Source of the DNA: an uncultured virus (IMG/VR IMGVR_UViG_3300042519_000373)
Taxonomy: Duplodnaviria > Heunggongvirae > Uroviricota > Caudoviricetes
Strand: one strand, 5' to 3'
Virus record (IMG/VR): IMGVR_UViG_3300042519_000373
Coordinates: 1-64,000 of that record
Length of the DNA stretch: 64,000 nt
How positions within the stretch are numbered: the stretch's first letter is position 1; every line of letters starts with the position of its first letter. The notes below the pieces were generated by a model that was not told the origin of the DNA, made no database searches, and saw nothing but the letters and a program-made list of their open reading frames with translations. The translations under genes and the position numbers were made by a program. Shown piece after piece: positions 37,901 through 51,342 of this stretch.

Positions 37901-40900
37901 TGTAGATGTAGATGTCTACTCTCCAGGGTCTAGTTTACTAGTAACAACTGATTTTAGACATAATTTAGCCATTGGCGATATTGTCAGTATCAGTCAGTTT
38001 GACGGTCAAGTTGACGGAGTGTACACAGTAGATCAAATTATAGAACTTAATCAGTTTGTGGTTTCGTCTGTTCTTACAACATTAACAACTCCGTTTTCTC
38101 CAGCAATAGGATTGTTGTTTAAATTTGTCAGCTCAAGACTCGGACAGTTTGACGATTTAGAAAATTCTATATTACTTGATAAGATTGGAGTTGATGAAAA
38201 GATATGGGTAGATGATCGACTGGGTAAATGGGCAGTGTATCAAAAGACAGATAATTTTGCCTCAACAGAATTTAAATCTCCTTATGTTGCCTACACACTA
38301 GGACAGAATCAACAGTATGGTTATAAAGTTGCAGGCAACTCTGCAGGAACAAAACTAGTAACCAGTTCTCCTAATTTTTACTACTCAGCCGATGGCCGCT
38401 CGCTAGATTTTGGAAAAGTTTATACCTACAAAATCAATAGTGGACAGGCTTTATTCTCTAGTGCAGTGTACCCAAATATTTCTATATCAGACACGTACTT
38501 CACAGGAACTAATACTTCTTTATTTGGGCAATCAGTTAAATTTGACGACGATAATGATTTAGTTTTTATCGGATCACCGGGCACTTCGTATATTCGACAA
38601 GTTACTGCAACTAACAAATTCAGCACAGTTAACTTAACTACTGCAACATCAAACTTTTTAGAACAAGGATTTGTTAGAATAGCTAGAATTGATTTTGACA
38701 ACGATGAAATTTTATTTAATGCAGCAATTAGCAGCCCTCAGCCGCAGTCCGGTGCAAACTTTGGACATGCTATGCATGTTGGAAGTATTTCTTCAACCTC
38801 TAAGGTACTATTTGTTTCAAGTCCTGATCACGATGGCACTGGTGCGGTCCATTATTCTGTATTGAATGTAACTACCAGTTCTGTCAGTATTGCAGCTAGT
38901 GCAGATACAAATGCAAGGATTGCAGTTAGCGGACTAACTGCTAACAGTAAATTTGGTAATGCAATTACTGGCAATGCTGCTGGTACTAAAATTGCAGTAG
39001 CGGCCCCCGGATGGTCTACTTCAACTGGTGCAGTTTTTGTTTACTCACGTGCAGTCTCTGGAACTTACACTAATGTCCAGACAATTACTTCTTTAGATGA
39101 TGCATTTATTGGTATTGCAGGACCCGGAACCGGGTTTGGCGAAAGCATAGTAATGAGTGAATCCGGAGACTATTTGTTTATTTCTGCAACTAAAGCAAGT
39201 GATAAAACTACTCGTTCGGGTAAAGTTATTGCAATGAAATTAACCAGCGGGCAATATGTAGTAGAGCAAGTTATTGATAATCCTTATTTAAATAATGGTT
39301 ATGATTTTGGTAGTACCATGGAATTGTCCCCGGACAATAAAACGTTAGTAGTATCTTCGGCAGGTGCAAGTCACAGACCTTTTGCTACATTTGACAGCTA
39401 TACTTCTGCACTTACTGGCAGAGAAAAATATGTACTAGATCCTAATAGTAATCCAAAACCATCAAACACTACGTTTGATTCTGATACAACTAATTTTTAT
39501 TCTGTAATTAAGAATTCTGGTGCAGTCTTTACCTTTGTAAAAGAAAATGAAAAATACATTTTTGGTGAAGAACTTTTCAATCAGTTATCAATTGCTGGCC
39601 AACTATACGGAAATAGTGTACATGTACACAACTCCGGTGTTGTAGTAGGTGCACCTGGCTTAGATAGGCAACAGGCTCAGATTGGTGCTTTATATTTTTA
39701 TACAGCTAAATCTGATTCATTGAACAGCTGGAAACTTATTAGATCTGAGGAAGACCTTGTTGACCTAAGCTCAATTAAAACAGTTAAAACTATCAACACA
39801 AAAGATCAGTCAGTGGTTGATTATTTAGAAATTATAGATCCCTTAAAAGGTAAGATCTCTGGCTTTGCAGATCAAGAACTTTCTTATAAGTCTTTATTTG
39901 ATCCTGCGGTTTATTCTATAGGTGTTAGCGGTGTTGTGACTAACACTAACAATAACTGGTTAGACGAACACGTTGGAAAATTATGGTGGGATCTGAGCTC
40001 AGTCAAATATGTTTGGTATGAGCAAGGTGAGTTAGAATTCCGTAGAAATAGTTGGAATACTTTATTCCCTGGATCAATGATCGATGTATACGAGTGGGTA
40101 AGAACATCTTCTCTTCCTAGCCAGTGGAGTGCTATTGCTGACACTAACGAAGGACTAGCACAAGGCATTAGCGGCCAGCCTAAATTTATTGACAATTCAG
40201 TCATTTCTGTAAAACAAATTTGGAATCCTGTTTCTAACTCGTTTAGTAATGTCTATTATTATTGGGTTAAAAACAAGATTACTATTCCTGAAGGGGCATC
40301 TAGAAGACTAAGTGCATATGATGTTGCAAGTCTTATTGCAGATCCTAAAGCAAAAGGCGTTAAGTTTGCATCTATGATTGCAAACAATGCGTTCATGTTA
40401 ACCAACATGGGCAGTTCTATTATCGGAACTGATATCAATTTGTCAATTGATATAGATACAACCGGAAAAGAAATTAATAAACACACTGAATGGTTGTTGC
40501 TGCAAGACGGAAATGCATCTAGTGTACCTAATACATTAATGATTAGAAAACTAATAGACAGTCTATTAGGAAAAGATACGGCAGGTAACTCAGTACCAGA
40601 CACAATGTTGTCTGATAGATTAAAGTATGGAATTGAGTTTAGACCAAGACAAAGTATGTTCAAAGACAGGATTGGTGCTTTGAGAACATTAGTTGAATAT
40701 ACCAACACCGTATTGAAAAATAACAACATTGTTGACAGTGTAAACTTTACCAAGTTTAATGCTAAAGATGAGATTCCTAACCAAGTATTAGGAACTTATG
40801 ATGTATTAGTTGAAGACTTAATTGAACGAGATTTTGCAGTCAGTACTAGAAATCTTAAGAGAGCAGAGCTAACCTGCCAGGTAAGAAATGGTAAAATTAT

Positions 40901-43900
40901 TTCTGTTACAATTATTAATCCGGGATTTGGTCACGGTACATTAGAAAAAGTTTTAGTTAACTCTAACCAAGAAGCAGTCAACTATGTTGGTCCAACTGTG
41001 GCTATTGACGGCAACGGTAGTGATGCAAAAATTGTAACTGAAGTTAATATTGTTGGCGAAATTGTTAAAGTCACAGTAGTAAATCCTGGAAAAAATTATA
41101 CAGCTTCTCCAACATTAACTGTTAGACCGTTCACAGTAATAGTAAGAACAGACGACACAGTAAATGGTCGCTGGAGTCGTTACGAGTGGGAATATGATCT
41201 TAAAGTATTTTTAAGAAAGTATACTCAATCCTACGATACTGCTAACTTCTGGAAATATATTGACTGGGTTGATACAACTTATAACCCTGCACAAGATATA
41301 CTTGCTACCATAGATGCACCGTACCAGCTAGCCAGTGTATCTAGTATCCCTGCTGGCAATTATGTTAAAGTAAGAAACGGCGGCGACGGCAGATATATTA
41401 TTTTAAGAAAGCGATTGTCTACAGCCGGTGTCGGAACTTATAATGGCTCTTTTGATTTAATCTATCAAGAAAATGGTACTATTAAATTAGACGAGTCTAT
41501 CTGGAATTATAAAGCATCAGTATACGGATGGGATCAAGTATCCGGATGGGATCAGACTTCTTGGGATCAAAATCCTGCTAAAGAAACTGAAAACATTATA
41601 TACGGCTTACTTGAAGATGTATTTGTAGGTCCGTTAAAAGTTTACTATAACAGACTTTTCTTTAAGCTGATCAAATATGCACTAAGCGAGCAAAAATTCT
41701 TAGACTGGGCATTTAAAACATCGTTCATTAACGTGTATAATCATGCTGGAAGCCTGGATCAACGACCTGTTTACAAGTTAAACAACGAATCTTATTATCA
41801 AGAATACATCAACGAAACTAAACCGTACCATACTAAGATTAGGAATTTTACTAACAATTATACTGCAACAGACGTTACAAGTGCAGTCATTACAGACTTT
41901 GACCTACCGTCAGTTTACAGTCCTAGTCAAGGCAGATTTATTCCTGTCACATTTGGTAGAGCAGAGTTGAACACGTATCCTTGGAAATCTTGGCTACAGA
42001 GTTATTCGTATTCAGTTAATGCAATTGATGTGTATGACGGCGGATCTGGGTATGAATTACAACCACTGGTTGAAATTACTCCTCAACCGGGAGATACTAC
42101 CGGTACTGGTGCCAAAGCTATTGCATATATTGCACTTGGTAAAGTAAGTCAAATTGTTGTTACTGACTCGGGTTCTGGATACACTGCTACTCCTATTGTT
42201 AAACTAATTGGGGGCGGCCCAACAACTCTTATTCCGGCAAGAGTATCTGTAAGAATTACTAACGGTGCTGTTAGATCAAATTCTATCACAATGAAATTTG
42301 ATAGAGTATCTGGATACAACGAAATTACTACAGCTACCGCATTTGATTCTTACACCGCAACAGGTGCTAGTCGAGAGTTTGATTTAACATGGGCTCCTAG
42401 CCCTGATAAGAATAACATCACAGTTAAAGTAGATGGTATCCGTGTGCTGTCTGGAGATTATACAGTTGAGAAATATTCTGAAAAGTTTAACGGCTATTCT
42501 AAACAGTACGGCAAAATAGTACTTGCAGACATACCTAAAAAACTATCAAAGATTACAATTGAATATAAGAAAGATCATTCTTTATATCATGCAGTTGATA
42601 GAATCAGAGATTACTATGCACCGGTATCCGGAATGCCGGGCAATACTGCAACCATGTTAATGAATGGCTTAGAATATCCCGGAGTAACAATTGATACACT
42701 ACCGTTTGAAGTTTCAAAAGGTTGGGATACTACCCTGTTCGGCGACAGTAATTGGGATGACTTTATACCAGAAGTTGGTGCGTATGAAACTAAAGGACCG
42801 AGAGTAACTGCTACCGTAGCAGCAACTACCAGTATCAGTGCTGGGTCAGTATTGTATTTTACATTAGCAACTAATAAAGATATTACAGGAGTTCGTATAG
42901 GATCTACAGTTACTATTGCAACAGTAATTTATACAGTAACTTCTTCTACAATAGATACTGCAAATATGACTAGATGGGTATTGCAGTTAGGTGCACCGGT
43001 CGGAGTAACGCCCGGTGCCTCTTTATCATTTGTAAATCCAAATCCATTAGTTTACACTTTGCCTTTTGTTCCGACATTGGGACAAGGATACAATGCATAT
43101 ATTAAGTATTCTGGTACTAATAATTTTGTAAGAATTGATACTACTGCTACAGCATTTGTTGGCAACGGATACGTTAGTACAATTACAGTTCCTGCAATTT
43201 ATAATTCTAATGATAGAGTATTGTTTAGGTCTACTTCGAGCGACGGCTCTTTACCGGTTGTTGATTTAGATTTAGATACCTACATTAATCCTAACGGTGC
43301 TACTAGCCCGGGATGGTACTATGATAACATCAATGGTATGATGGTACCTACTAAGTCTGATGACTTGGAAGATATCAATATTGATGGTGATAAGTTAATC
43401 AGTGCAAACAACAGCTACGGTCCTGAAGAAAATCTTCCAGGCAGAGTTTCTGACAGTCTAGGAATCAACGTCTACACTTATCCTACAGCGGGTGCAGCAT
43501 TAATGATTAACAAAAAATATTTCAAAGATGCGTTCACTAGCAGATATCCAATTGGATTTACACCTCCTAGTAATGAATCTGTTGAAGTAATGTTAAACAA
43601 CAGATTGCTATCATACGGTGTAGATTATATTTTAGATTATCAAACTAATGAAGTTGTTTTCTTAGCAGACCCGTATGCAGGTATTCGTGGACCTTATTTT
43701 AATCCTTCGGATGTTTTGCCAAGGCGTCAAGGCACAGTAATTGAAAGTAATGCAGGTGATGACACATTTACCGGTCCGTACCCTCTTGGATTTTCCTGGA
43801 ACATGTTTGGAACATTATACAATGAAGTATATGTTGGAACCAACGGCTATTTAACTTTCGGAGCCGGTGATAGTCAATGGACTCCTCTAGTACTAGGGCA

Positions 43901-46286
43901 ACTAATAGCACCTGCGATTTATATTGAATATTGTGACTTGTGGCAAGACTATGGTATTAATCCTAGTACAGGGCTACGGAATACTCCGCTATCAACTGGC
44001 GAAACTCCGGGTCTATTCTTAAGCGGTGGCGAAGTAGGCAACTTTGTATACTGGAGACTGCGTTTTCAAGGTTCTCATTATAATCAAAGAACTTCAACTA
44101 CAACAGTGCCCGCATACCAATTTGAAGTCACGTTATACAGTGATGGAACAAATCAGTACATCGAAATGATTTATGAAAATACATGGAGGGGGGCAAACTT
44201 CAACGGCGACCAAGGATTCATTACTGGAGTTGCATTGGGCCGTTCTGGTAGCACACCAGGTACCGGTATTCTAGTAGATGATGCTAATATTCAAAATAAT
44301 ACTAGTCATGTATTTTATAGCACTAGCAATGGTGGTAATTGGCAATATGCTGGCCGAGGAAGCTTTGATCCATTTAAGAATCAAAATCCAGATCCAGAAT
44401 TGTTATCCATTACTACTATGAGCGTCGGTGGCAAGAACTTGCTAGAAAAAGCATCAGTTCCTATTACATATGCCAGTGGCCAGAAAGTATTTGATTTTGC
44501 ATCTAGTTTTGCAGATATCAAGAGCAGTTATGTAACAATTAACGGAGTTAAACGCACTGATTATGCATTATCTGGTCTAGTTAAGGGAACTTCTGGTAGA
44601 GTAAAATTAACATTTGATACTAACTTAGCAATTGGAGATACTCTGCAAGTTTGGTTTTTTGCCAGCGATCACAAAGCCTTTAGCGAAATTAAAGAACAAA
44701 TAATTGCAGCTACTTCGAGTACTACAGTGTTCACATTAACCTCACCTCCAGGAAATATTCAACCATTCCATAGTCAATTAATTGTTGAACGTAACGGTGT
44801 ACGTTTAAGTCCGCCGGATACAGTTTATTATTCTGCGGCAAACGGAGTTAGGACATTCTCTCTAGATCAGCACATTGATTATCCGCAAGGCTTACCTGAT
44901 AGAGCTAAATTAGAAGTTTATGTTAACGGCATCCGACGAGATTTTGACACCACAGTTAGATTAAATCAAGATGAAAACTTGGTAGAATTTAACACTCAGG
45001 TGTTAAACAATTCTGACGTTGTTGCTATTACACTGTTAAGAGATCACGATTATTATGTTACTGGATCGACATTAACACTAACTGATCGAGTTGACGTTGC
45101 TAGCTCCAGTACAATTAAAGTTACAACTTTTAATAATCACGATAACAGTTTATTTAGAAGAGAACGTTTCAACGGTAATTATGCAGGCATATTCAAATTA
45201 AGCAGAACTGTGGTTAACAGCAACTATGTTTGGGTTGAAGTAAATGGTCGCCCGATTACTAGAGAAACTGAATTTAAAATTGGCTCTGACAACAGAACAG
45301 TTATCTTGAACGAGCAATATAAATTAAAATCTACTGATACAGTAGTGATTATGAGTGTAGTAGATCAAACAAGTGAAGCACTTGTTGGATATAGAATTTT
45401 CCGCGATAATCTTGGTAGAACACATTACAAGAGAATTAGTCAAGAAAATTCTACTCAACTTGCAGCAGACTTACTGCCAACTGACACTTCCATTACGGTA
45501 GAAGATGCAGATGTATTAACATTGCCTAATCACAACAACAATCGTCCTGGCGTTATTTTAATTGACGGAGAACGAATTGAATTTTATAAAGTAGAAGGCA
45601 ATAAACTTAGCTGGTTACGTAGGGGAACATTAGGTACAGGTATCAAATCTTTACACAAAGAAAGTTCTATAGTGTTAGATCAAGGGCCTGAGCAAAATAT
45701 TCCAGTAGTTGAATATAAGAAACAAGATAAGTTTACTATCAATAGCACAACTAACACAGTACTAACATTGACAAATATTGTGTTTGATGGCGGAGTTATT
45801 AACTCTTATAATCATGTTGACGTTGTTTATCAAGGTAGAGTACTGCGTAAGCCGTTATCTGATACTTTCACATCGTTGTTTAACAACGGAGTAAAGGTTG
45901 TTAAAAATACAACTTCGACTTATCGAACTACTGATGTTAGTGTTGCATATGATTCGGGAGAAACTAATTCTTATAACACTGCAAGTACAGTTTTGTTGGC
46001 AGCTGAATACAGCATTACTACTGCAACAAATACTATTAATTTAAACTTTACTCCTAGAGTAGGGTCAGAATTAAAAGTAATTCAAACAGTGTCTCAAGAG
46101 TCCGGAATTGAATATTCTGACATCCATTCTAGAAATGTTGAGCAAGTTAAGTTCTTGTTGGAGAGACCATCTTTCCTACCAGATAAATATTACTATGGTC
46201 AGAATACTGCAACAGATCAATACCTAATCCTTGAATTTGGGGATACATTAGACAGTGAAACAGGAGATCCTTTAATAGGTTCATAA
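31965..46286 (+). CDS. Giant multidomain baseplate wedge/virion protein (gp7 position), 4773 aa
   Basis: Uninterrupted 14.3-kb ORF overlapping the gp6 stop; contains 'I.V...G.GY...P' repeats, FG-GAP-like propeller repeats and a C-terminal 'KPYHTKIR'. Confidence 0.8.
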   Translation: MSDELNQVEDKNTPSTRKSVNLLPVLFRTDKNSKFLAGTIDQLIQPPQLKRLDGWVGSKITPTYDPSKDYYIESNLKTRQDYQLEPALVVTNDILKIIKSTAYDDLINQLDFEGANTSRLDRLFDPQFYSYDPHIDWDKFVNFEKYYWVPAGPNSISISNQQREVVSTYNVTDTADGFNFVFTPDGLTPAPQITLYRGVTYKFNVKSLSTFWIKTSRIIGKEAPFRASTNNGISEGEITLTIDHTTPKVLYYVSETEILNGGEFIIKDIEENSFIDVEKEILGKKNYKSFSGVEFTNGMKINFVGQVSPETYKDKEFVVEGVGTEIKLVEFDSLIAPERFSTVFDERFDSESFDKYAFDQSINLPLIPEYITINKSSKDKNPWSRYNRWFHEDVIRLSAELNGVPVLLPFSDRAKRPIVEFEADMQLHNFGSFVKKNVQFIDTITTDVFSTVEGAVGYYIDGEEVGQGDRVIFTSDSDNFVNNKTYIVNFVKIGEKFRISLDEELDVTPQIGDSVVITKGTVKRGENWWFNGTNWVSSQQKTALNQAPRFEIYDNNGVAYSSPVYKEIFLGSKIFGYSIGTGVADSVLGFSLKYKNISNQAYYLFENYFMTDVNFVVDGNNSYSVPVSNGFIKRNVNRNDSVYINVWTESAGYQIPIIQYTVADSVITELEITAVENAGYQNIEVDVFVNEDKKVLLDEYTLYASGRRYFVVFKNPVTVGDRVLLKVKGTGKPSLTGAYETSLGFTNNPLNGPISQFTLSELSDHVKTMIDRHPNFVGSFPGTSNIRDIDQLPSYGTRLICNKNPLAFAAYFIANDKYNLLSATRTVAQHYNQFKLGLIDQITKLKGNYTSAKALDIALYNMNVNKEVSFPYALTDMVAYGTDLVSRSYPVTDSRNKNYSLASTFNLTELSLRSVVVYRTDTAGNVVQLVHGSEYEFDLVDSSVNIKIDLVKGDVITVNDYPSTRGCYVPPTPTKLGLYPKFEPKIYLDDTFAGEARNVIQGHDGSIMLAFDDYRDDIILEFEKRVFNNIKINYNPELLDINSILPGAFRTNKYNLKEVNDILSREFLKWDAFYGFNYSFNTTATEDRKTWNYKTGKDLVTKLPLPGNWRGIYKYFFDTDRPHTHPWEMLGFPIMPKWWIDAYGPAPYTKGNTILWDDIEKGFIREPNNSTVNTKYIRTGLSRILPVDDNGNLLDPASASIATGLDYLSTTDNWKFGDIAPVEAAWRRSALYPFAVQILMSLAQPASYAAMLFDTSRITKNLAGQYGYGENKEFVSFDILKLYQDVLDDQDTLAAGYSVFLIEAGKQKNRKYLSELKSELNFISFKLSHKLGGFVNKEKFKVIVDSVSPNSVSTGVALVNEDHEIFLDKSSPVKSLGISGVIVQRTEKGYSIRGYDTKNPYFNCLMPNFTATDPAITVGGKSEAYVDWAASSANPMTGLDTTSVSTNSGYRYYKQGQVVRYLGGFYRVKMGHNSGAAFDSAKFQPLPALPVIGGVSVRRPSKFSSTITEIPYGIEYENPEDIHAVLLGYSKWLESQGFVFDEYNKDLTEILDWTFSSKEMLYWTTQKWSVGSVITLSPFANGVKFEDTTAVVDGLTNAFYDYSVLKADGTVLSNKSISTSRDENVFTIRTVNTTDGIFFARLNLVQKEHTLVLNNSTLFNDVIYEPETGYKQRRIKLMGFITGGWNGDMFSPGFIYDEAQISTWEKFTDYSTGDVVFYAGNYYSAISKVLGAAEFNFNEWSVLGEKPVAELLPNFDYKIGQFEDFYSLDIDNFDATQQSLAQHLVGYSPRSYLDNIFTNATSQYKFYQGYIKEKGTRNTISKLAKASIISQGGFVDFYEDWAFRIGNYGSFPTNETLELTLNELQFKENPQIVKFVETEPIIYSEFISYQTPENIAIKTSDYSSTPFKTTSTALSDSVAILPTAGYARLDDVTATAFNKDSLLDIANNRSLKDGDTVWVGFLPNGNWDIYRYTQISTRIVDVDVYSPGSSLLVTTDFRHNLAIGDIVSISQFDGQVDGVYTVDQIIELNQFVVSSVLTTLTTPFSPAIGLLFKFVSSRLGQFDDLENSILLDKIGVDEKIWVDDRLGKWAVYQKTDNFASTEFKSPYVAYTLGQNQQYGYKVAGNSAGTKLVTSSPNFYYSADGRSLDFGKVYTYKINSGQALFSSAVYPNISISDTYFTGTNTSLFGQSVKFDDDNDLVFIGSPGTSYIRQVTATNKFSTVNLTTATSNFLEQGFVRIARIDFDNDEILFNAAISSPQPQSGANFGHAMHVGSISSTSKVLFVSSPDHDGTGAVHYSVLNVTTSSVSIAASADTNARIAVSGLTANSKFGNAITGNAAGTKIAVAAPGWSTSTGAVFVYSRAVSGTYTNVQTITSLDDAFIGIAGPGTGFGESIVMSESGDYLFISATKASDKTTRSGKVIAMKLTSGQYVVEQVIDNPYLNNGYDFGSTMELSPDNKTLVVSSAGASHRPFATFDSYTSALTGREKYVLDPNSNPKPSNTTFDSDTTNFYSVIKNSGAVFTFVKENEKYIFGEELFNQLSIAGQLYGNSVHVHNSGVVVGAPGLDRQQAQIGALYFYTAKSDSLNSWKLIRSEEDLVDLSSIKTVKTINTKDQSVVDYLEIIDPLKGKISGFADQELSYKSLFDPAVYSIGVSGVVTNTNNNWLDEHVGKLWWDLSSVKYVWYEQGELEFRRNSWNTLFPGSMIDVYEWVRTSSLPSQWSAIADTNEGLAQGISGQPKFIDNSVISVKQIWNPVSNSFSNVYYYWVKNKITIPEGASRRLSAYDVASLIADPKAKGVKFASMIANNAFMLTNMGSSIIGTDINLSIDIDTTGKEINKHTEWLLLQDGNASSVPNTLMIRKLIDSLLGKDTAGNSVPDTMLSDRLKYGIEFRPRQSMFKDRIGALRTLVEYTNTVLKNNNIVDSVNFTKFNAKDEIPNQVLGTYDVLVEDLIERDFAVSTRNLKRAELTCQVRNGKIISVTIINPGFGHGTLEKVLVNSNQEAVNYVGPTVAIDGNGSDAKIVTEVNIVGEIVKVTVVNPGKNYTASPTLTVRPFTVIVRTDDTVNGRWSRYEWEYDLKVFLRKYTQSYDTANFWKYIDWVDTTYNPAQDILATIDAPYQLASVSSIPAGNYVKVRNGGDGRYIILRKRLSTAGVGTYNGSFDLIYQENGTIKLDESIWNYKASVYGWDQVSGWDQTSWDQNPAKETENIIYGLLEDVFVGPLKVYYNRLFFKLIKYALSEQKFLDWAFKTSFINVYNHAGSLDQRPVYKLNNESYYQEYINETKPYHTKIRNFTNNYTATDVTSAVITDFDLPSVYSPSQGRFIPVTFGRAELNTYPWKSWLQSYSYSVNAIDVYDGGSGYELQPLVEITPQPGDTTGTGAKAIAYIALGKVSQIVVTDSGSGYTATPIVKLIGGGPTTLIPARVSVRITNGAVRSNSITMKFDRVSGYNEITTATAFDSYTATGASREFDLTWAPSPDKNNITVKVDGIRVLSGDYTVEKYSEKFNGYSKQYGKIVLADIPKKLSKITIEYKKDHSLYHAVDRIRDYYAPVSGMPGNTATMLMNGLEYPGVTIDTLPFEVSKGWDTTLFGDSNWDDFIPEVGAYETKGPRVTATVAATTSISAGSVLYFTLATNKDITGVRIGSTVTIATVIYTVTSSTIDTANMTRWVLQLGAPVGVTPGASLSFVNPNPLVYTLPFVPTLGQGYNAYIKYSGTNNFVRIDTTATAFVGNGYVSTITVPAIYNSNDRVLFRSTSSDGSLPVVDLDLDTYINPNGATSPGWYYDNINGMMVPTKSDDLEDINIDGDKLISANNSYGPEENLPGRVSDSLGINVYTYPTAGAALMINKKYFKDAFTSRYPIGFTPPSNESVEVMLNNRLLSYGVDYILDYQTNEVVFLADPYAGIRGPYFNPSDVLPRRQGTVIESNAGDDTFTGPYPLGFSWNMFGTLYNEVYVGTNGYLTFGAGDSQWTPLVLGQLIAPAIYIEYCDLWQDYGINPSTGLRNTPLSTGETPGLFLSGGEVGNFVYWRLRFQGSHYNQRTSTTTVPAYQFEVTLYSDGTNQYIEMIYENTWRGANFNGDQGFITGVALGRSGSTPGTGILVDDANIQNNTSHVFYSTSNGGNWQYAGRGSFDPFKNQNPDPELLSITTMSVGGKNLLEKASVPITYASGQKVFDFASSFADIKSSYVTINGVKRTDYALSGLVKGTSGRVKLTFDTNLAIGDTLQVWFFASDHKAFSEIKEQIIAATSSTTVFTLTSPPGNIQPFHSQLIVERNGVRLSPPDTVYYSAANGVRTFSLDQHIDYPQGLPDRAKLEVYVNGIRRDFDTTVRLNQDENLVEFNTQVLNNSDVVAITLLRDHDYYVTGSTLTLTDRVDVASSSTIKVTTFNNHDNSLFRRERFNGNYAGIFKLSRTVVNSNYVWVEVNGRPITRETEFKIGSDNRTVILNEQYKLKSTDTVVIMSVVDQTSEALVGYRIFRDNLGRTHYKRISQENSTQLAADLLPTDTSITVEDADVLTLPNHNNNRPGVILIDGERIEFYKVEGNKLSWLRRGTLGTGIKSLHKESSIVLDQGPEQNIPVVEYKKQDKFTINSTTNTVLTLTNIVFDGGVINSYNHVDVVYQGRVLRKPLSDTFTSLFNNGVKVVKNTTSTYRTTDVSVAYDSGETNSYNTASTVLLAAEYSITTATNTINLNFTPRVGSELKVIQTVSQESGIEYSDIHSRNVEQVKFLLERPSFLPDKYYYGQNTATDQYLILEFGDTLDSETGDPLIGS

Positions 46287-46287
46287 T

Positions 46288-48420
46288 ATGGCAAGAATAT
46301 CGCAACTTACAACTTTAACCAACGTAACGGATCAAACAATATTTCCGGTTGTTTCTAGTGGGACAAATTTTCAAGTAACATTTGCAAATTTTAAACAACA
46401 GATCCAAGCCGCTGCACAAGGTAGTACAGGCCCGCAGGGATCGACTGGTGCAACAGGACCAACTGGTTCAACTGGAATTGGGTCAACAGGAGCAACTGGA
46501 AGTCAAGGTGCTACTGGACAAAGTGGGTTGAATGGAGTTGACGGTGCAACGGGCCCGCAGGGATCAACTGGTCCGATTGGTGCTACTGGATTTAACGGAG
46601 CAACAGGACCTACAGGATCTACTGGTGCAGGATCTACTGGTGCAACTGGTCCTTCGGGTCCTGAGGGTGCAACTGGAGAAACAGGCAGTGGCAGCACAGG
46701 TGCAACCGGAGTTGGATTTGTGCCCCTCTTTTCACTAACTACTGCAACAATCAGTTTGAACACTGTAACATTTATAACTCACTTATCATCTAGTACCGTT
46801 GCATATACTGCAAGTTCTAGGGTAAGGGCAACAGCTAGTTCTAGTACAGACCTTACCTCAAACTTTGACGGTATTGTTGAGAGTTTTGTTGGAAATCAAC
46901 TTACTGTTAGACCATTAACTAGCTTTGGCTCTGGTACTTTTACCAATTGGACTATAACTTTAGTTGGCGGTCAAGGTACCCGAGGTGCAACTGGTCCTCA
47001 AGGAGTCCAGGGAGAAATTGGTGCCCAAGGGTATCAGGGATCTACAGGGGCTACAGGCACACTAGGTTCTACTGGTGCTACTGGCCTAAAAGGTGATGCA
47101 GGAGACCCGGGAGGTGCAACTGGACCAATAGGTAGTACAGGTGCTACAGGTGCAACTGGCATTCAAGGCGTTAACGGTACTACGGGTGCAACTGGTCTTC
47201 GAGGCGGAACGGGTGCTACTGGTCCACAAGGATCAACTGGACCTGCTGGAAGTTTTGGCGGCCTAACTGTTAACTATAGATTTAGCACTGCGGTAACAGA
47301 TGACGATCCAGGTAACGGTAGAATTAAATTTGACAATCAAACTTTGCCTGATGCTACCTTATTCTATGTCGATGACCGGGATATTAACGGTGTTGATCTT
47401 CAGAGTTTCCTACGAACAATTGACGATAGCACAAGTCCTTTAAAAGGTCATTTTAGAGTTGGAGTTGCTAATACTCCTAGCACCTTTGCAATTTTTACAA
47501 TCACTGCAATTACTGAAGAAGATGGTTATTTTAAAATAGACTGTGCCCATGTAGATGGTGCATTTAGATTTGATGATCAAGCTGAACTTATTTTAACATT
47601 TGCTAGAACTGGTGACATTGGTCCTACTGGATCTACTGGGCCACAAGGTGCAACCGGTCCTGGATTTGCAGGATTAATATCAACTAGTACAGTTGCTATC
47701 GGAACATCCACAGTGACATTTGTTACTAACAAATCTGCGATTTCTGAATCTGCATTTATGGGCGGCAACTACGTATTTGCGTATGCAGGATCTAGTGCAA
47801 CAATTTACGGGCAAATTGTAAGTTTTACAAATAAAAACCTCACACTTAATCCAATTACTACAGAAGGAACTGGTACATACAGCAGTTGGTTGTTTGATCT
47901 AACAGGTGAATTAGGACCTACTGGTCTTACAGGTGCAACAGGACCAGAAGGTGCAACTGGAGCTACCGGACCTCAAGGTTCTACTGGTGCTACTGGCCCT
48001 ACTGGGTCTACTGGCCCTCAGGGAGATCCAGGCGGTGCAACAGGACCAGCAGGTGCAACAGGACCAGCAGGTGCAACAGGACCAGCAGGTGCAACAGGTA
48101 TTTTTGCAGGATTAACATGGACATTATCTAGTAACGGCACAATTGCCTATACATTTAGTGGTCCGGGAATTATTACCGGCAATACAGATGATCCTATATT
48201 GTATCTTTACAAAGGATTTACGTATAATTTTATCAACAGTACTGGAGCAAGTCATCCATTCTTAATTAGAGTGAGTAACGGTGGAGCTGCATATACAAAT
48301 GGAGTGACTGGAAGTTCTACAGGTACAACTACAATCACAGTTCCTATGAATGCTCCTTCTACATTGTATTATCAGTGCGGAATACATGCATCAATGGGTA
48401 ACACTATTAACATAGTATAA
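46288..48420 (+). CDS. Collagen-like tail fibre protein
   Basis: Several Gly-X-Y tracts (GATG/GSTG) separated by beta domains; C-terminal '[12 protein letters not shown]'. Confidence 0.85.
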   Translation: MARISQLTTLTNVTDQTIFPVVSSGTNFQVTFANFKQQIQAAAQGSTGPQGSTGATGPTGSTGIGSTGATGSQGATGQSGLNGVDGATGPQGSTGPIGATGFNGATGPTGSTGAGSTGATGPSGPEGATGETGSGSTGATGVGFVPLFSLTTATISLNTVTFITHLSSSTVAYTASSRVRATASSSTDLTSNFDGIVESFVGNQLTVRPLTSFGSGTFTNWTITLVGGQGTRGATGPQGVQGEIGAQGYQGSTGATGTLGSTGATGLKGDAGDPGGATGPIGSTGATGATGIQGVNGTTGATGLRGGTGATGPQGSTGPAGSFGGLTVNYRFSTAVTDDDPGNGRIKFDNQTLPDATLFYVDDRDINGVDLQSFLRTIDDSTSPLKGHFRVGVANTPSTFAIFTITAITEEDGYFKIDCAHVDGAFRFDDQAELILTFARTGDIGPTGSTGPQGATGPGFAGLISTSTVAIGTSTVTFVTNKSAISESAFMGGNYVFAYAGSSATIYGQIVSFTNKNLTLNPITTEGTGTYSSWLFDLTGELGPTGLTGATGPEGATGATGPQGSTGATGPTGSTGPQGDPGGATGPAGATGPAGATGPAGATGIFAGLTWTLSSNGTIAYTFSGPGIITGNTDDPILYLYKGFTYNFINSTGASHPFLIRVSNGGAAYTNGVTGSSTGTTTITVPMNAPSTLYYQCGIHASMGNTINIV
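48034..48098. repeat. 18-bp coding tandem repeat (GATGPA), about 3.6 copies
   Basis: GGTGCAACAGGACCAGCA repeated exactly. Confidence 0.9.
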
Positions 48421-48437
48421 AATAATATTGGATAAGT

Positions 48438-49091
48438 ATGAACATGCAAGACGAAAATAAATTAAAGCAGCCCGAAACTCCGGCTAAAACTCCAGACGAA
48501 GTTGGCGGTATTAGCCTTCAAGGGCACATTAAGATCTTTGATCCTACTACTAAAGAAGTCTTTGTTAATAAACGCAATGCTATCCATTATGAAAACTTTA
48601 GTCTAGCACTAGTTAACAGTGTTGGAAATCAAGGTTACGGTTGGGTCAGTAAAATGGCATTTGGAAACGGCGGCAGCAGAGTTGATCCTACCGGAATTAT
48701 TACATACTTGACACCTAATTCTGTTGGTCAAAACGCAGCATTGTATAACAAAACCTATGAAAAATCAGTTGATGCTGCTAGTTCATCTAACTTAGATCCC
48801 ACAAGAAACTTTATGGAATCTAGGCATTTAGTTGGTGCAACATATAGCGATCTTCTTGTTAGTTGTTTATTAGATTTTGGAGAGCCTAACGGTCAGCTAG
48901 CATTTGATAACAGTGCAAATTTAGACGGACAATTTGTATTTGATGAACTAGGACTAGTAGGATATGATTCTACTGGAAATGAATTGTTGTTAACCCACGT
49001 TATTTTTCACCCTGTACAGAAGAGCTTAAACAGAATGATCCAAATTGATTATACTGTTAGAGTTCAAAGTATTAGTGGAGTAGGAGCATAA
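48438..49091 (+). CDS. Putative baseplate/fibre attachment protein
   Basis: 217 aa; 'MAFGNGG', 'FDELGL', 'HPVQKSLNR.IQIDY'; precedes the fibre genes; start may be ATG 48444. Confidence 0.6.
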   Translation: MNMQDENKLKQPETPAKTPDEVGGISLQGHIKIFDPTTKEVFVNKRNAIHYENFSLALVNSVGNQGYGWVSKMAFGNGGSRVDPTGIITYLTPNSVGQNAALYNKTYEKSVDAASSSNLDPTRNFMESRHLVGATYSDLLVSCLLDFGEPNGQLAFDNSANLDGQFVFDELGLVGYDSTGNELLLTHVIFHPVQKSLNRMIQIDYTVRVQSISGVGA

Positions 49092-49092
49092 C

Positions 49093-51336
49093 ATGGCCTA
49101 TACAGTTTATTTTTCTGATCCTACAAAGTATAGCAGTGCTATTCTAGTTGATGATGGTCTTCCTGGAAATCCTGGAAATAATTATTCTACTAGTCTAACA
49201 CTAGTTGGAAAAAATGCTTCAGGCTATGCATATGACTTTGCCTCTAATTTCTTACACTTGCTAGAAAATCATGCTAACAGCACTCCTCCAAATAATCCTA
49301 TTGAAGGACAGCTTTGGTACGACAATGCTAATTACAAATTAAAAATTAATGATGGTACCGCGAACGGTGCAAATTGGAAATCAATTAACGGAGTGTATCA
49401 AGAGTCTTCAGAACCCCCAGAAGCAGTTACTGGTGATATCTGGGTAGATACAACTACGTTCCAGTTAAAAGTTAAGAACGAAAACAGTGAATGGATATTA
49501 GTAGGCCCGGCAGTTGACGGCAGCAGTAAGTCTGGACCAATTGCAGAAACGGTCTTAGATACTGTAGGTGTTGGTCATAAAATTATTGCAAACTATGTTG
49601 ACGGCAACATTGTAGAAATTATTAGTCCTGAACAATTTACTCCACAGATTAAGATTGACGGGTTTGAATCAATCAAAGCTGGTCTCAATTTAACAGCAGT
49701 CAATTCTGCAATTTTAAATTCTACTGCTTATGCAGCACAGAATCTTATTGTAACTACACCTACTCGAGGTGTTATTAGTGGAAATTATTTTGTTCGTAAT
49801 GATATCGATACATCTATCAATGGAGTATTGAACGCCAAGAACGGCTTTACATTAGGAGTTGACCCTACTTTCTTAATTCAAAAGGAAGGCACATTTAAAA
49901 ATAAATTTGTCAACAGTAAACTCAATGGAACATTTGCATTTCAAGTTGTTGATGAAAGTGAAATTTATAACGAAATTTTAACTATCCAAGGAGAAAATAA
50001 AAGAATAGGAATAAACACTCCTAATCCTCAATTTACTTTAGATGTTACTGGTAGTGCTAGATTTTCCGGAACTGTCACAATTACTACTAATGCTGACGAT
50101 GCATTGACTATTTCAGGTGCAGTTGCATTTGGTAAGAACACTTCGTTCAGTAGTACTGCAACATTTAATTCAACATCTACATTTTTTAATGGGATTAAAA
50201 TAGGAAATACAGTTACTGATACTTCTTTATTCTCTAAAGAAATTATTCAACCAGCAGTTCACAATGTTTATACATTAGGATCTGTTACCAAGTCATTTAA
50301 AGAAGTACACAGTGCTGTATTTAAAGGAACACTTGATGGAACATCCACAGTAGCAACTAGATTAGCATCTTCTGCAACGTTTACAATGGCCGGCGATATA
50401 TATAGTGCAGGTATTACCTATGGCGGAACAAGTGAAACTAGAACTTTTACAACTCAATTGCAGGCTAATGCAATTACTTCAAGAAGCACAGTTACCAGTG
50501 TTGCATCAACTGATGAATTATTAGTAGCTGTTAAGAGTGTTAGTTTTGTTTCAATACCTGCTAACGGGGGCTCTGGTAGCGGCATTGCATTTGATATTAC
50601 TCGTCAAGCTGCTGGAACATATATTATTGACAGAGTTGCAAATAGCGGAACTAACTATCTTGCTAACGATGTATTAACAGTTCCCGGAACATTGTTAGGC
50701 GGCGAAAACAATATCAACGACATGTCGATAACCATACCGAGTGTTAATGTTTTGGGTAGTGCCCCAACAAATACTGCATTGTTTACAGCAGTTTCGGGTA
50801 CAGGAGTTACTGGTCTAGCTAAGGCTAGTAGAGACGCTTTATTGTCCAGTGTGTTAGATTTCTTAATTCCGCCTGGTACAATTATGCCATATGCCGGAAT
50901 TGAAAAACCAAATCCTGCAACACCTTTAAGCAAAGGATGGTTATTTTGTGATGGTGCGGTTGTTGGCCGCACAGACTATCCTGCCCTATTTGCAGCAATC
51001 GGATACACTTATGGTAAGACATTAGTTAACGGTCAGTTTAGATTGCCCGATCTACGAGGAAGAACAATTATTGGTTATGATAACATGACCAACGGACTTA
51101 CCAGTAGTGGAGGAACTGCAAATAGAGTAGTAGGAGCAAATACACCTAATAGTTTCTTAGCATCCCAAGGAACAGCACCTCGAGTAGTTGGCGGATCGAC
51201 TACTGCTACTATGACTGCAACTTCATTCTCGCAACAGTTTCCGTATCCGACTCCGGGCTTTGGCGGAACTGCAACAGGCATGGTAACTACTGTAATGAAT
51301 CCGTTCCATGCTATGAATTATATTATCAAGGCCTAA
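49093..51336 (+). CDS. Tail fibre protein with a tail-collar domain (gp12-like C-terminus)
   Basis: 'PPGTIMPYAG...GWLFCDG...YPALFAAIG..YG...FRLPDLRGR' and 'AMNYIIKA'. Confidence 0.85.
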   Translation: MAYTVYFSDPTKYSSAILVDDGLPGNPGNNYSTSLTLVGKNASGYAYDFASNFLHLLENHANSTPPNNPIEGQLWYDNANYKLKINDGTANGANWKSINGVYQESSEPPEAVTGDIWVDTTTFQLKVKNENSEWILVGPAVDGSSKSGPIAETVLDTVGVGHKIIANYVDGNIVEIISPEQFTPQIKIDGFESIKAGLNLTAVNSAILNSTAYAAQNLIVTTPTRGVISGNYFVRNDIDTSINGVLNAKNGFTLGVDPTFLIQKEGTFKNKFVNSKLNGTFAFQVVDESEIYNEILTIQGENKRIGINTPNPQFTLDVTGSARFSGTVTITTNADDALTISGAVAFGKNTSFSSTATFNSTSTFFNGIKIGNTVTDTSLFSKEIIQPAVHNVYTLGSVTKSFKEVHSAVFKGTLDGTSTVATRLASSATFTMAGDIYSAGITYGGTSETRTFTTQLQANAITSRSTVTSVASTDELLVAVKSVSFVSIPANGGSGSGIAFDITRQAAGTYIIDRVANSGTNYLANDVLTVPGTLLGGENNINDMSITIPSVNVLGSAPTNTALFTAVSGTGVTGLAKASRDALLSSVLDFLIPPGTIMPYAGIEKPNPATPLSKGWLFCDGAVVGRTDYPALFAAIGYTYGKTLVNGQFRLPDLRGRTIIGYDNMTNGLTSSGGTANRVVGANTPNSFLASQGTAPRVVGGSTTATMTATSFSQQFPYPTPGFGGTATGMVTTVMNPFHAMNYIIKA

Positions 51337-51342
51337 TAAGTT

